Assembly (NCBI GenBank): GCA_965178295.1
Contig: CBCXTT010000002.1
Location: forward strand, 101,178 to 165,177
Source: Alphaproteobacteria bacterium
GTDB lineage: Bacteria > Pseudomonadota > Alphaproteobacteria > UBA7879
Direction: 5' to 3'
DNA length: 64,000 nucleotides
Positions 62,825 to 64,000 of the stretch are shown here, one piece after another. The notes under the pieces were generated by a model. That model was not told where the DNA came from. It did not search any database and was given only the letters and a program-made list of their open reading frames with translations. The position numbers and the translations under genes were made by a program. Within the stretch, counting starts at the first letter, position 1. Each line of letters begins with the position of its first letter.

Positions 62825-64000
62825 ATGTTGTATCGATTTTTTTTAACTCTTGTGTGCATTGCCTTGATATCCATATGTCCACAACAAACACGCGCTGGAT
62901 GGGTAGAAAATTTCTACACGGCTTGCACTGCAACATATTTGATAGGTTCAGCTCTGTATATGGAAGAGATCCTTGGAGCCCCGATTGGCCCAAAGGGGGC
63001 AGGAAGAGGAAATGGCACCCAGCAGATGATGTGGGGCAGGCCTAGTGACAACAGGCCAGGCGTTTTCATAGCTGGACGAAGAACTGCTGCCGAAGGATTC
63101 GGCGCAAACAATCTTGGGCAGGGCATAACAGTCCTCGCGGTTCTCTTTGGAAAAGACATACTAGTAAAAATAGGGACAAAAGTAAAGGAAGCTGAGTGGG
63201 CAAGACGCATTGGAATTGCTTTAGGGCGCTGTTGTTGTAGTTGTCTGAGTACCATGCGTCAATGGCGGCATCAGAAAAATATTATTCAACAAATTCCCGA
63301 TCAAGGGCTCCTAGACGCAGATCTTTTTAGACTTGCAACAAATATTGCTGAAAAAGCAAAGCGTTTTCGCTACAGTATACAGCCCGATGAAAGGTCTATA
63401 CGTTTTATTGTACCAAAACGCAGTGGTCAGTACGATCTGGTAGCGCTTTATGCCCCCGATCACGCCAAAGTTGTTGAAAATACCGACTTGTGTTTAGCTC
63501 CTCTAGATGAGCAGTCTGAGGCAGGCTTCAGAGCACTCATTCGCTGCATGATTGGCCGTGATGAGTTTTTACTCGATAATTTACGCGAGCGCGTTAATCA
63601 GTGGGTTCGCTTTGACGCCATACAAGAGTGGGTGCAGCTTGATTTACTTCCCGTACCAAAGAATAAAATACGTATCTTGGTTCTAGGAAAATACGATCCA
63701 AGGCAAGCCAAAAAGTACCATGTGGGCTTAAAACTTGCTATTGTGCAAAATATTGACGTTGGTGACGAAACAGATCAGGAATTCGATAGCATTTTACACG
63801 CAACACCCAGTGGTGATTTCTCCACACTCTCTTCAGATGTAGACGGATTGACAGTTTTGCATGCGCTTGAAAGAAACTACCTCGCTACACGCGCGCATGA
63901 TGATAATGATGAGGATGAGGATGATCTCGACTTTGGGGCTTCTTTTAATCCCAATGACCTAAGAACGCTTATGCAGGTTTTGCAAGATCAGGACCTTACA
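62825..64000 (+). CDS. Hypothetical exported orphan protein, 3'-truncated by window edge (absent from ORF track)
   Basis: Manually translated 392 codons with no stop: MLYRFFLTLVCIALISICPQQTRA|GWVENF...GRCCCSCL...HDDNDEDEDDLDF..; GGAG upstream of the ATG. Confidence 0.85.
   Translation, partial: MLYRFFLTLVCIALISICPQQTRAGWVENFYTACTATYLIGSALYMEEILGAPIGPKGAGRGNGTQQMMWGRPSDNRPGVFIAGRRTAAEGFGANNLGQGITVLAVLFGKDILVKIGTKVKEAEWARRIGIALGRCCCSCLSTMRQWRHQKNIIQQIPDQGLLDADLFRLATNIAEKAKRFRYSIQPDERSIRFIVPKRSGQYDLVALYAPDHAKVVENTDLCLAPLDEQSEAGFRALIRCMIGRDEFLLDNLRERVNQWVRFDAIQEWVQLDLLPVPKNKIRILVLGKYDPRQAKKYHVGLKLAIVQNIDVGDETDQEFDSILHATPSGDFSTLSSDVDGLTVLHALERNYLATRAHDDNDEDEDDLDFGASFNPNDLRTLMQVLQDQDLT

Overview
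Housekeeping-rich chromosomal segment of an alphaproteobacterium, roughly 40-43% GC by eye. It is probably a host-associated, moderately reduced lineage such as Holosporales-like; this is inferred from TrcR/DUF1013, CarD, a split atpI-B-E-b'-b F0 operon, Chlamydia-type BrnQ carriers, secreted orphans and broken conserved gene clusters. I call about 49 CDS (dnaA, an RND pump, mutY, secA, secB, trxA, gap, tkt, atp F0, carD, murJ, pfkA, trcR, fabI, rluB, rsmD, rpsA, hslVU, acetoacetate-CoA ligase, fieF, rpsT, an OMP, lolA, brnQ x2, beta-CA, xerC, tal, priA, recG and others) and 5 tRNAs. About 11 kb lies in gaps longer than 600 bp, many holding stop-riddled, protein-like remnants. I found no CRISPR array, IS, prophage, rRNA or recognisable defence system, and I cannot support a clear new multi-gene system. 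The best leads are two secreted orphans (39250-40299, with a possible cold-shock/OB-like domain, and 62825->64000, missed by the ORF track), a brnQ / carbonic anhydrase / brnQ cassette, a structured rpsA leader, a G104/K124-type PFK, and an odd strand and composition signature. All family calls come from motif recognition; no database searches were run.
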